Positions 53,076 through 64,000 of a DNA stretch of 64,000 bases are shown here, in pieces (position 1 is the stretch's first letter; each line of letters opens with the position of its first letter). The stretch lies in NCBI RefSeq assembly GCF_009914755.1, contig NC_060942.1. One strand, 5' to 3'. Below the pieces are notes generated by a model, which was not told the origin of the DNA, ran no database searches, and saw only the letters and a list, made by a program, of their open reading frames with translations. The DNA comes from the human T2T-CHM13v2.0 reference genome, Homo sapiens. Position numbers and translations under genes: made by a program.

Positions 53076-55347
53076 TTTTCAGGTACTTGTCAGGCATGGG
53101 GGATATAGGGCTGAACTATTGAGAGATTAACAAATAATGAGAAAATGCTAAGAGAAATCTCTCCCGTTATACTCCCATAGAAATACTTTCAAGGCTTCAG
53201 AGATATGATATTTCAAATGAGGAAACGTCCTTATCCTCCATCCTTCCTTACTTACAATCCAGGTTTAAATTCTTTCTGTAAACTTCCCTATTCTTTGTTC
53301 AGATACCTTTATGCTTCTCCCTTTGCCCATGTATTTAGTTATTTAATGTTCCACTGGACTATAAACTTTTTCAGAGTAGGAACTGTTTTAGAAGTCTTTG
53401 AATTCCCATTTCCTATCAACTTCGACGCTTATATAGAGAAGATCTTCATTGTTTGTTACTTGAATCGATTATTCAGGAAAAACTCCTTTACAAAAAATCC
53501 TATGACAGGGATTACATTGTTATAGGAGCTCCAAATTCCAATAGAGGATCTGTTCACTTCAGCTAATATTCATCCACAATAATAATTCTTTAAAAACTTT
53601 ATATTCCTCAAATTATTCTACAGGCTTTCCTAATAAACTGTCATCATAAGGAAGAAGGAAAGCCATCAATTTTATGCTTTTAAGGAAAAAGCATATAATT
53701 TTTTAAATGTCATAATTTAAACTTGTTAGTGACCCCTTATTTCTTCTGGGCACATGATAAAGGCTAAGAACTTTTCTTCTAAGCAAGATGAACATCTCAC
53801 CCACTCCCCTGACTTTTATATAATTTCAGGAGTTTGCTGATTGTGTAGAGTCCAATCTTGCACATCCTACAGGTCACACAGCCTCAGATAGAGAACACCT
53901 GAATTAGGTGGATGAGATGCCCTGCCCTTCTGCGCTTGACTTTCTGCCCAGTGCCCCCACCCTGCCCTCTACCCCATCCAAAGGTCTTTTTGAGATAGGA
54001 TTATTTCAGAAGTCAGTCAAATGTGCAATCTCAGCAGTTCTGCTTCTGTGCTGCCCCAGCCTGACTAGTGACAACCCTGCTGATGTTCCAATCCTAAACA
54101 TTATCTTCCTCTGACAGTCCACATTAGGGAATCCTGCCTCAATAAGCTTTTCCAATGGGCCTGCCACCAATGGCATTGTTCTGATTTGTTGGGCTGAAGT
54201 GATCTCTCTCTTTCCAGGCCTCAAAGATGGCGAAAGAGTGCCTGGTTTCAGAGAGCAATACGAAAAATGCAGCTTTGGAAGTCTGGTGAGTAAACAAATG
54301 AAGCCAGACGTTGACACTTGTACATCAATCATGTTCATTTTTCAATGTGCATTGGAAAGGTTTGAGACTCACTTGTCTCAGCAAACAGGGTTCAATTAAA
54401 CCAGTACCCTGGATAGGCCATAATGGACACTCCAAGGGCCTTTCTGGAAAGCCCTTTCCCTTTGGCCAAAGGCATAAGCAATGTGGGGTAGACAGGAGTC
54501 TTTTGGGTAACACGTAAACTGAACCTGTCAGAGGATGAGGGGCCCTGTCTGAACGGCACCAGCCAAGGGACTGGCTGTAGCAGATATGATGATGCATTGC
54601 CAACTGCCATATCCATCTGCACCCAGATATTGCTCCTAGAGGTGTCAAAACATTGTAATTTACAAGTAAATGTGAGGAGAAGAAAAGTTTTGCAGACATG
54701 TTTCTTAAATGAGGAAGAGAATCACAGATGAGGATTACTGTCCAAAAGAGAGCTTCAGCAACTACCGCCCAAAGCTCAGCGTGAGAATGGAGATATCACG
54801 TAAGGTGCTGCCTACTTGGCTAATGGTGAGGGAGGTACAAAACGCAGAGGAGCCGACAGGCACGTGGAGGGGACAGCGCCAGGTGGGTGGGAAGATCCAG
54901 GGAGATAATGCACATGACGTGCCCAGCACAATGGCCAGCACGTCATGAGTGACTAATAAAAGGTGGCTAAGAATCCCACCAAAACCCCAGGCCCATGTTA
55001 GTCCTCATGTTTCTAAGGGGAAGTGAGTTGTACTTATTGAAAGCTAGGTATGTTACATAATTGACTCCTCAAAACAACTCTACGAGGTAAGTATTTTTGC
55101 AAATGAAGAAAAAGAAGTTTTAATGGTGGAATGATTTATTTAATGCCACACTGTGAGGGCATGGAGGACAGGCATTCAAGCAGGGCGGCCCTCGCCCTCA
55201 CTGGGCCTCCCTGCCCCGCTTTGGGCACACAGAAAACTACCAGGCAATTTGGACACCTCTAATCACTGGGACATCACCACAGGGTATTACCTTTTTATGG
55301 CAAAGCCCCAATCTACTAGAAGTCAAGAGAGTAAAAAACAATTAGAG

Positions 55348-55545
55348 CAATGCTGTCCAATACAACTTTCTGTGATGACGGAAATGTTGATTGAGGGATT
55401 AATAAACAACAGGAAACATGGTTACTGACCACTAGAAACGTAGCTACGGTGACTGAGAAACTGGATTTTTATTTTTTTCAAACTTTAATTCATTGAAATT
55501 TACAGATCCACATGTGGCTAGTGGCTACCACGTGGGACAGCAGAG
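55348..55545. mobile_element. MER3 (hAT-Charlie)
   Basis: caatgctgtccaatacaactttctgtgatgacggaaatgtt...ccacatgtggctagtggctacc...ggacagca; 8-bp TSD-like aattagag/aactagac. Confidence 0.8.
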
Positions 55546-57944
55546 AACTAGACTACCTGATTTAAAAGGAACCCTAGGGCTCATTTGCCCTCATTTCACC
55601 AAATAGGGAAATGTCCTTTGCTTTATGCCTCATGTGTTCATCCAGTTTCTCATAGCACATTTTTAATAACAAGAAACTCTTCCTTTTACTTGGGATCTGA
55701 TGCCTTTGTTAGAAAAATCATCCCAATCTAATAGCTACATCCTCAGGTGTTATAATCTGGAGATAAAGTTAAGTTTTGGTAATAAACCCGTTCATTATTC
55801 CCTGGGGTTATCTCCTAACTAGCTAGCTCTGCTCTTCTCACACCTGGAAGCATTTAGGTCTCTGAGGGTGGCCCCAGAGGCATCTAAATTCTCCGGGTGC
55901 ACAGTGTTGCTACTGCTATCCACAGCGTCCATGCCATTCCATCTTGCTGACTGGTACTGATGCTGAGTGCATGGATGCGACGTGAATCTGAGGGTATTTT
56001 CCTCACAACAGTGCAGTGCTGCTTGCTAGGTTTCTTCCCCAGGGCCCGCTCAGCCCCACCACCTCTGCAGCCAGCTGCCTGGTGGCTGGGCTCGGGAGCC
56101 TGCAACCTCCCAGGCCCCTCTAGGAAGCAGCTCCCTGCTCTTTTCCTATCCTCATACCATTGGTTCCCCTGAGAAATGCTGCCCAGAGGTTAAATTCCTT
56201 TGGCCTGGCCTCCAGGCTAGACCATATCTTCCATCTTTGGGCAACTTGGGTACCTTAGAAAATAAAATCCTGTATTATCTTGTCAACTAGGAATAAATTC
56301 TGTTCTCCACTTGCTTATTTCTACCAGCTGAGTGGTCAGCTACCCATCTGGTCTTTTCCCTCCTGCTTTTATCTGGCCACTGCCCCCAGAGTTCAGTCTG
56401 GGTCAAACAAGTGCTAAAGAAATCTTGGTTGAATAAAAGACTCAGGGAGAATGACAGTATTATAAAATCATTTAACAGAATTTTTCATTATATGCTTGTG
56501 GACAGAAAATGTGAGGGGAATACATGTTACAACAGGTAGAATCAAGATGGGTTGAAGCGAAGAAATGCAACGCTTAGTTCTATTCATCTATTCATCTAAT
56601 AACACCTTCAAAAACATACAAGAGATCAAATTGGCATGGTTTAATTTTAGGGAATTATTTCACTTCTCAGTTCCTTAGAAGTCCCTGTTAAGTGAATAAT
56701 TAATATTTCATTCTTATGCATGGTGATATGTTATAAAACATTGAACCAAAAGGAAGTGGAGGCTTTTAAACATGCCATATTAGGACTAACCCTTATTTTA
56801 AATTAACTTCATCTGGGCTTAAACAAAGAGGGGAGAGAATTAAGCAAGAGTTTGCTATAGAACACTGAACTATCTGCAGTGTGATACATGTACATGAGGA
56901 AATACCCAAAACCAGCTAAGAAGAAGGATTATGAAGACTACATTGACTTTGACTTCTAAGTTCATCACTGAGAATGGCACCTTTATTCTGATAGACTTCC
57001 GAAGTCTTACTATTCTGCATTGTTGTCTGTTATAAGGATTTAATATAAACTCTACTGATATTCTCTAACAGCACCGTTTATGCACTGGATACCTGCAGCC
57101 ACCTCTAAGGTGGCACATGTAACTGTTCCACCTTGGATAGTATATGACTCACTAATTCAATTTTACTTTGATGGGTAATTACGCAACATTCTAAGGGTAG
57201 ATCTTTAGAGAAACATATCTTTTCCTTCAAACCTGGACTAGTAATTTAACAAATAGTAAAATGGGTAAATCTCCCAAACACTTAGTTAACACTCTGGGAT
57301 ATATGAGGCTCATGTACCAAGCAGAATTCTGGTTCACAGTAGGCTGAGAGATAACCATCTGGTCTCCCAAAAAGTAAGGACAGACAAAATATAAAATCAC
57401 ACTGACTTATCTCTGTAAGTCTGGATTTTGGGTTTGGGTTTAATTTAATTGGGTTTGAAGACTCCTAGTTTACTTCCTAATCATTTCAGAAGCAGACATT
57501 CCAAAATTAAATTAAGCAAAGAATATTAAATGGGCAGACAGTGCATATTTGTCCGTAAGAACCTTACAGTGTTATTAACAATGTTATAACTACAATTAGG
57601 CTGGCAGTCTCATGGGGTCAGTAGTATTGTTTCTTGTTGAAACAGACAAGCAAATAAACACAAGGAGCCTTGAGTAAAGGTTCTTTCATAGGTTGAGATA
57701 TACATTTCCACTGACATGAAATAATGTCCTATTACAACCTTTTTATATATCTCACTTTGCAAATCAACCTCATATATTACTTGTTTTCAAACATGACTAC
57801 TTTCCAAACTAGATTTAGTTTTACACCTAATCATAGAAGTAGAACCTGTTTTTTAAACCATAATTATTCATTTTTAATTGTTATTAAAAGAAATTCTCAT
57901 TTAAAAATCCTTCAAGAGAAGACCAAAGGAAATATTTGCAAAGC

Positions 57945-58180
57945 AGAGGCATCATGTTATGGTGGAAAGCAAACAGATTGTGGAATCAGACAGGCCAGAG
58001 TTTAAATCTCAGTTTTGTCACTTACTAGCAGAATAATCTTGAGCAAATTTAATACCCTCCTTTTCATATAAAACAGGGGTCAGAACGGCTACCCCAGAAA
58101 CTTCCAGAAATAAAGACAATGTAAGAAGAACAATGTATGGTAAACACAAGTCCATAGAACCTTCTTAGTAAGTTAAAGTT
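57945..58180 (+). mobile_element. MIR
   Basis: ggtggaaagc...tggaatcagacagg...tcacttactagc...cttgagcaaattt. Confidence 0.7.
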
Positions 58181-59155
58181 CTTCTTACTCTCCTTCTTGT
58201 TCCCTTTACCCCATCTTCATCTTATTCTTAGTCATGGTCACATAAAAGTGGATCCAGCATGGGATGGAGATGAAAAGATGTTCAGTATGGTGCTGTGGAA
58301 AGAGCACTAGCCTGGGAGTCAAGGGGCCTGTGTGTTCCTAAAAAAGTCAATTCCTCTTTTTTTGGGTCACAGCTGGAGAAAAGGTATGAAGGTAACATAA
58401 GAATTTGTCTATCAGAGCTTAAAGCCCAAAAGTGATTTTGTAGTCTGAGTCAATCAGGAACTCCTGGAGTCCCAGGATCAATTGCTGTCTTTTTAATGAA
58501 GGGCAGGGCACCAGGGCTGCAGTCTGGACTGCTGCTGCTGCTGCTAATACAACTTACCACACTGGGGACGGATAACTTTCCAAGCTCAGAATACAGATCC
58601 CAATTTTTTGGGGGGAACTTATCAGAGTTTTCCGATTGATCTCATTTATTAAGAGTGGGCTTATTAAGAACAGATACAGAAGTTTCCCTCCTGGATCATT
58701 AAACTCTTTCTTAGACAGCTTAGATTGATTAATAGGGAAGGAATGGGCAGTAGTTTTCAAATTATAGACAGCCCAGGTACAGGGTGGGGTGGGGTGGCTT
58801 GGGGAGAGAATTTAGATTTGAAACCTCCTGTTCTTGCGTCCATGTGAGTAGTGCTGTTTTAAATTGTTTTACATGTTTTGCTTTATTTGAACACAGACTT
58901 TGGTGGTTAAAAAGTACAAAATGCACTGGGCTAAGTGATACTTTGAGTTGTTCCAGACACCTGCTTCTATTGATGGTGTGTGTTCTTGGAAAATTAATAA
59001 AGAAAGGCATAATGAGATGCTCTTTCTAGAAACTTTAGCAATAGACAGGGCGTAGGCCACAGCAAATTAGATCCAGCCACCAGAGTGGAAAGGGCAGGGG
59101 CTGGGACTGGAAGGAAATGTCTTGAATATCCATCAAGTGTGGAATTAGTGTTATT

Positions 59156-59465
59156 TTTTATTTTATTTATATATATTTTTTGAGACAAAGTCTTGCTGTG
59201 TCACCCAGGATGGAGTGCAGTGGTGCTACCTTGGATCACTGTAACCTCTGCTTCGCGGGTTCAAGCAATTCTCCTGCCTCAGCTTCCCAAGGACCTGGGA
59301 ACTACAGGCACATGGCCACCACACCCGGCTAATTTTTTTGTATCTTTAGTAGAGACGGGGTTTCACTATGTTGGCCATGCTGGTCTTGAACTCCTGACCT
59401 CGTGATCCGCCCGCCTTGGCCTCCCAAAGTGCTGGGATTACAGGTGTGAACCACTGCGCCCAGCC
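59156..59465 (-). mobile_element. AluS
   Basis: Antisense Alu; TSD approximately gaatYagtgttatt. Confidence 0.92.
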
Positions 59466-61594
59466 AGAATCAGTGTTATTAACACTGTGAGTCACAGTGT
59501 GGGTAACATCAAGATAACTTGAAAATAAGAGGAGCTCAGGAAGACTTTTGAGTGCCACTGCTTTTCCCCGCCTCTCTCCACAACCGAGGGCCATGGAAAT
59601 GCCACTTAGCCTCTCCAGATCTCAGTTGTCTCATTGTAAACTGACAATCTTGGACTAGGATTCCCTTCCAAGTTATGTAATAAAATAGCTGCACAAAAGG
59701 AAAGGGAAAAGAAGTGAGAGAAGGGAGTACTGGGGAGGGGAAAGTATTGCTGAGCTCAGCTCTCTTGCTAAAGAGAGTTCACGGGGTGGGGAAGGAAGGA
59801 GGAGGGGATGAAATTAACCACTGGTATGGGTTTCTAAGGCTTGTGTCAGTAAGATCAGTGAACGAAGAAATTAAGGTCCTGCCTAGCATGGGCACAGTGT
59901 TCCAGGAGTGTCATGCCCCACTCTGGGGGCTCTGTGATGTGGACCATGGGTGGGGCCTCGTAGGCAAAAGAGAAGGGCTGTTGGGAGGAGAAATGGGGAT
60001 GGGGAAAATCATTTCAAATTTCCCATGATGGAAAGGCTACAGGAATTGGTTATCTAGATTTACAAATAGAATCTAATAAATAAAACTTGTTTTTTTTTAT
60101 TTTTTGTTTTTATAGCAGTGTGAAAGTCAAAGTACATGTTTTTAAAGAAGCATGAAAGTTCAGATGAGACACACTTGATGGCTTGTTCAGTTCATGAGAT
60201 CTTCTGGCATGAAATAAAATGTTTCTTTTTCCATGCAGTGATTGCGTAACTCAAATATGGCAAAGCTACCTACACGATAATTTTCGGCCTGTGGATTTGA
60301 TTTTTCATAAGCCTCACCACACACCCCTCACAGAAAGCTCTTGTTTCTAGTGGATTCGTTTCACCTCCTTTGTGAAAGCCTTAGAGAGAAGGCAGTAAGC
60401 AGGGAAAATCAGCTATTTATAGGCGTTTTTGACTAAAAGTGTCTGCTCAGCGTGCCATGGAATACTTCCAAGAGGTGGGAGAACAGGAAACGATCTAAAA
60501 TCGACTAGAAGGCTGGAGGAGTGTTATGGGGGAATGATTTTGCAGGGGAGTCATTTTCAGAAAGCTCAGGTTTCATTTGCAAACAAATGAACTGACACCC
60601 CTTGAGTTACAGATAAGCCTTTGAAACTTTTGCTAGTTAAGGAGAGAAGACAAAGACATAAAATTTCTAAGGATTACAGGTAGGGTTCCTTTAAAGGACT
60701 TTAAAAGGAAAAGTCCTGTAGAAAGGCCTCTCTCCCTACTTATTTACTGCCTAAGGGGATGCTAGCCAGATGGACGTCCACAGAGGAGCTTAGACTGGCA
60801 GGTGGCATTCAGAGTGTAAACTGCAGGTCCTGGGATGGCCTACAGAGTCTTATAGTGTCCATAGGATGATCTCTATCATCACTAATTTCCACTTTTATAA
60901 CCAAAAATGGCAAGCCTATTTGGTCAAGTTTTCATAATTAAGAGATATAATTTCATTAAATGTATTAAACCCTTCCTGTGAATTCTGAATGGTTTTGTTT
61001 TCATTGTTTTGATGACATTGGAGAAGCAGGCGAGGTAGAATTTAGACTGCCCAAAGTCACAGGGCTCACAGAAGAAGTTTGAACTTCCGATGGTTCTGTG
61101 GAGAAGAGGTCATGAGAGAGATCTGGCTTCAGTGTTTACTTGCTCTTTTCAATTTCTACAACATTAGAAGAATGATATACCTGGCTTAGCGACTTTGGGC
61201 ACGAGCAAAGAAGAGTGATGGCCAAGGACATTTGGTCATCTTCTATCAATGGTGGAAAAGCACCACGGAGGAAACACTCCACAGAGAACCTGGTTCTCCT
61301 AAGCCAATTAAAGAGGTGATGATGGTGGATAGAGTTCCCTTGTAGACACCTCCTATGACTGTTATTACTAATTAAGCTTGTCCTGTTGACTTACCAGAGC
61401 TGTCTGGAATAAGGCAGCAGGAGCTTGACAGACTTAACGTATGAAAACAAAAGCAAGTGTGTATTGCGTTTTTTTTTTTTTTCCCTGTATGAATACACTA
61501 AAGCTTGAAGAAGCCAGAATTATATTCCATCAGCCAATATCAAGCCATGGGAAAACCTGATCCACTGAGGCTGAGCTATCAAAAGATTAATCCA

Positions 61595-61890
61595 GGCTGG
61601 TGCAGTGGCTCACAACTGTAATCTCAGCACTTCGGGAGGCCGAGGTGGGAAGATCCCTTGAGGCCAAAAGTTTAACACCATCCTAGGCAACATAGCGAAA
61701 CCCCGTCTCTACATAAAAAATTAGTCTGGCACGGTGACCTGAGTCTGTAGTCCCAGCTACGCTGAAGGGTGAGGTGGGAGGGTCGCTTGAGCCCAGGAGG
61801 TCAAGGCTACAGTAAGCCATGATCACACCACTGGACTCCAGCCTGGGTGACAAAGGGAAACACTGTCTTTCAAAAAAGAAAAGAAAAAAA
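61595..61890 (+). mobile_element. AluJ
   Basis: Diverged J-type Alu (cgcttgagcccaggaggtcaaggctacagt); TSD approximately aaaagattra. Confidence 0.9.
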
Positions 61891-62239
61891 GATTGACTGT
61901 GATACTCTCGACTTCAGACGAAAGCTTTCTGCGTTTAGTCGGCACACAAGACAGTGAAATTTTACACCCACACTGTGATTAAGACCTACTGTCATCCCAT
62001 ATTGGAAAGGGCTTTTCTTTACCACAGAATCAGACATGCTAATCCCAATGCCAGCTTAATAAAAACTAGATGAAGTGAAATACAAAGGAAAAAGTGGTAT
62101 GGTACATGAAACATGGGAAAGAGCTAAAGCTTGTTAATGTTTGAGGATCTACAAACTTGGAATATTTTCACACTGTATTTTTCATTTATTTCTCAAATTT
62201 GAAGTTAAATTTGTTTCTAAGACCTGAAGCAAACACAGT

Positions 62240-62375
62240 CATATCATCATGCCCATTTTACAGATGTAGAAATAGAAGTGCTAAGTAGAGCCCAAAGTCA
62301 TGTAGCAAGCCAGCATCAATAAAGCTTGCAGTCAGAGCGCCTGAATCCCATATTTTCATCTATTAGGCTCTACTG
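62240..62375 (-). mobile_element. MIR
   Basis: cccattttacagatgtagaaatagaag...cccaaagtcatgtagc. Confidence 0.65.
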
Positions 62376-62409
62376 CCCCCTTCAGTAAATACAATGAGAA
62401 ATTAAGCCT

Positions 62410-62575
62410 TACAGTTCCCTAGAACTGGGTTACTTAAAATGCAGTTCTGGGATTGATCACTGTCAGAATCATCCCATATCTATGAAATCGGAATCTCTTG
62501 GGTGGATGCCAGAGATCCTCATTTTATAGACACTCTCAAGGTGATTCTTGTGCACATAAAATTAAGGAAGCTTTA
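62410..62575. mobile_element. MER5-type hAT-Charlie relic
   Basis: ttaaaatgcagttctggga...gaaatcggaatctct...cattttata...aggtgattcttgtgcaca. Confidence 0.55.
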
Positions 62576-62919
62576 CCTCTAAATATTCAATGATAGAGCA
62601 AGTGGCCATACATATATATGATTCTCTACAGGCATACATGTGATATTATTGTGCCCATATGTACCCGTATTGATTCCACTTTACAATATTTCATGTAGCA
62701 TTTCCAATTTTAGAGATAAATCCTTTCCAATCACTTACTTTTACATGTAGGGGGCAATAACTAAGAGATTAGCTTGTAGCTTTTAGCGTATGTATCCTGC
62801 ACACTATTCCTCTCAGATTTGCTGCAGTTGCTCCCATTTAATATATTTGGTCCCATGGTCCCATTGTTCCAATACGTAATTCCTACCTGTCACACCATAC
62901 ATATTTTATACATAAATAC

Positions 62920-62970
<51 letters not shown>
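62920..62970. repeat. (ATCT)12 tetranucleotide microsatellite (GATA-type STR)
   Basis: Uninterrupted run, read directly. Confidence 0.96.
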
Positions 62971-64000
62971 AAATAAAGTTTGGCCTTTGCAAATATGGTA
63001 ACAGCTATGTTAATTTTTATCCTGGAGAAGTAAGATGAGGGATGCTGATTTCAAAGGAGTGGAAGATGCTGGAAGGATGCATGCTGTCTTCAAAATCTAA
63101 CCAGGGCTCTGAGCAAATTCCCTAAAGATCACATATCCTAATGTGTTCTGCTCTATGCATCCTCCTTTGCTACGTGGTTTACCATGATCCAGGGAAAACT
63201 CATCCATTAAAGGAGGAACACACCAATTTCTTTTCTTTGGAAGTTAAAATAAATAATTGCAGGCATTATTTAGTTAATCTTTGCCTCTTCTGAGACTGTT
63301 GAGTCACAAACTTGCTTCAACTCTAACTTTCAGATAATGTCGCTTCTCCCTTTGCTTCCCTGTGCCTTGGCCCCATTGCCTTAAAAGGATGTTATGAGAA
63401 TGGATAATAGAATATGTACAACATAATGGGAAGAGAACAGCACTGGTAGCCAGGCAGTGAGCCTGCGAGTGCCAGGTTCCACTGGCAAGATGACTGATTT
63501 CATCGAGGTATTTCCTTAGGATTTTTCTCTTTTCAAAAAACTAAATTGGACTAAATAATTTCAAAGCCTTCTTTTACAAGGAGATTATTAGATGAAAAAT
63601 AGATAGGAAGATACAATGTCCGCATTGCAGGGAGATTAGTGTGAATGGGAAGCTACACCAGATGACCTTCTGATCAGGAGGTTCTACTATTCTAAAATTG
63701 TCATTTTAAGGGGAAAAAAACCCAACTCTGCCTGGTCCTTTAATTATGTATCTTATGATTTTAGAGTCTCGGAGAATTAAATCAGGGAGGAGTTAGACAA
63801 TCTTGCAAGCGTATATTAAATTGTGGTTAAAAAAATTAAGGAGAGCAAAAGTCATTTATTTTACAATTGTTGGATTCTCCCTTATTAAGGGGACTAAAAC
63901 CTCTTTATTCTTACACCAGAGAAGCAGGACATCCCTAACTAGTCTACACGAATGGTCCAAGGTGAAGTTCAATATAATCACTGGAAAAGCACAGTAATGA

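Noticed and set aside
58529-58545. (CTG)5 run
   Set aside because: Too short to matter and has no coding context.
61259-61269. Partial REST/RE1 match AGCACCACGGA
   Set aside because: Lacks both the TTC 5' flank and the CAGCGCC right half, so it is too weak to call.

Overview
This is primate, human-like, AT-rich non-coding DNA, either intronic or intergenic. It is not microbial. I could not support any protein-coding gene and could not assign a locus from sequence alone. The listed ORFs are read through Alu, L1, L2 or simple repeats, or are chance frames. The window holds about 20 Alus plus a FLAM monomer, truncated L1 3' ends, ancient HAL1/L1ME/L2/L3/MIR relics, MaLR/ERVL solo LTRs and DNA-transposon relics (Tigger3a x2, Tigger4a, MER2, MER3, MER103C, MARNA-like). 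It also contains a U13 (SNORD13) snoRNA retropseudogene and several microsatellites. The most notable structures are three 80-163-bp local tandem duplications (one preserves the empty pre-insertion site of an AluY), two perfect 23-bp inverted repeats, nested transposon stacks, three close inverted Alu pairs, a CpG-retaining cluster of ACGT-core motifs built partly from a MIR tail, and a few splice-signal-bounded candidate lncRNA or small-ORF exons. I found no convincing new multi-gene biological system. Repeat family calls are by eye against remembered consensus sequences, so subfamily names and ancient-repeat boundaries are approximate.
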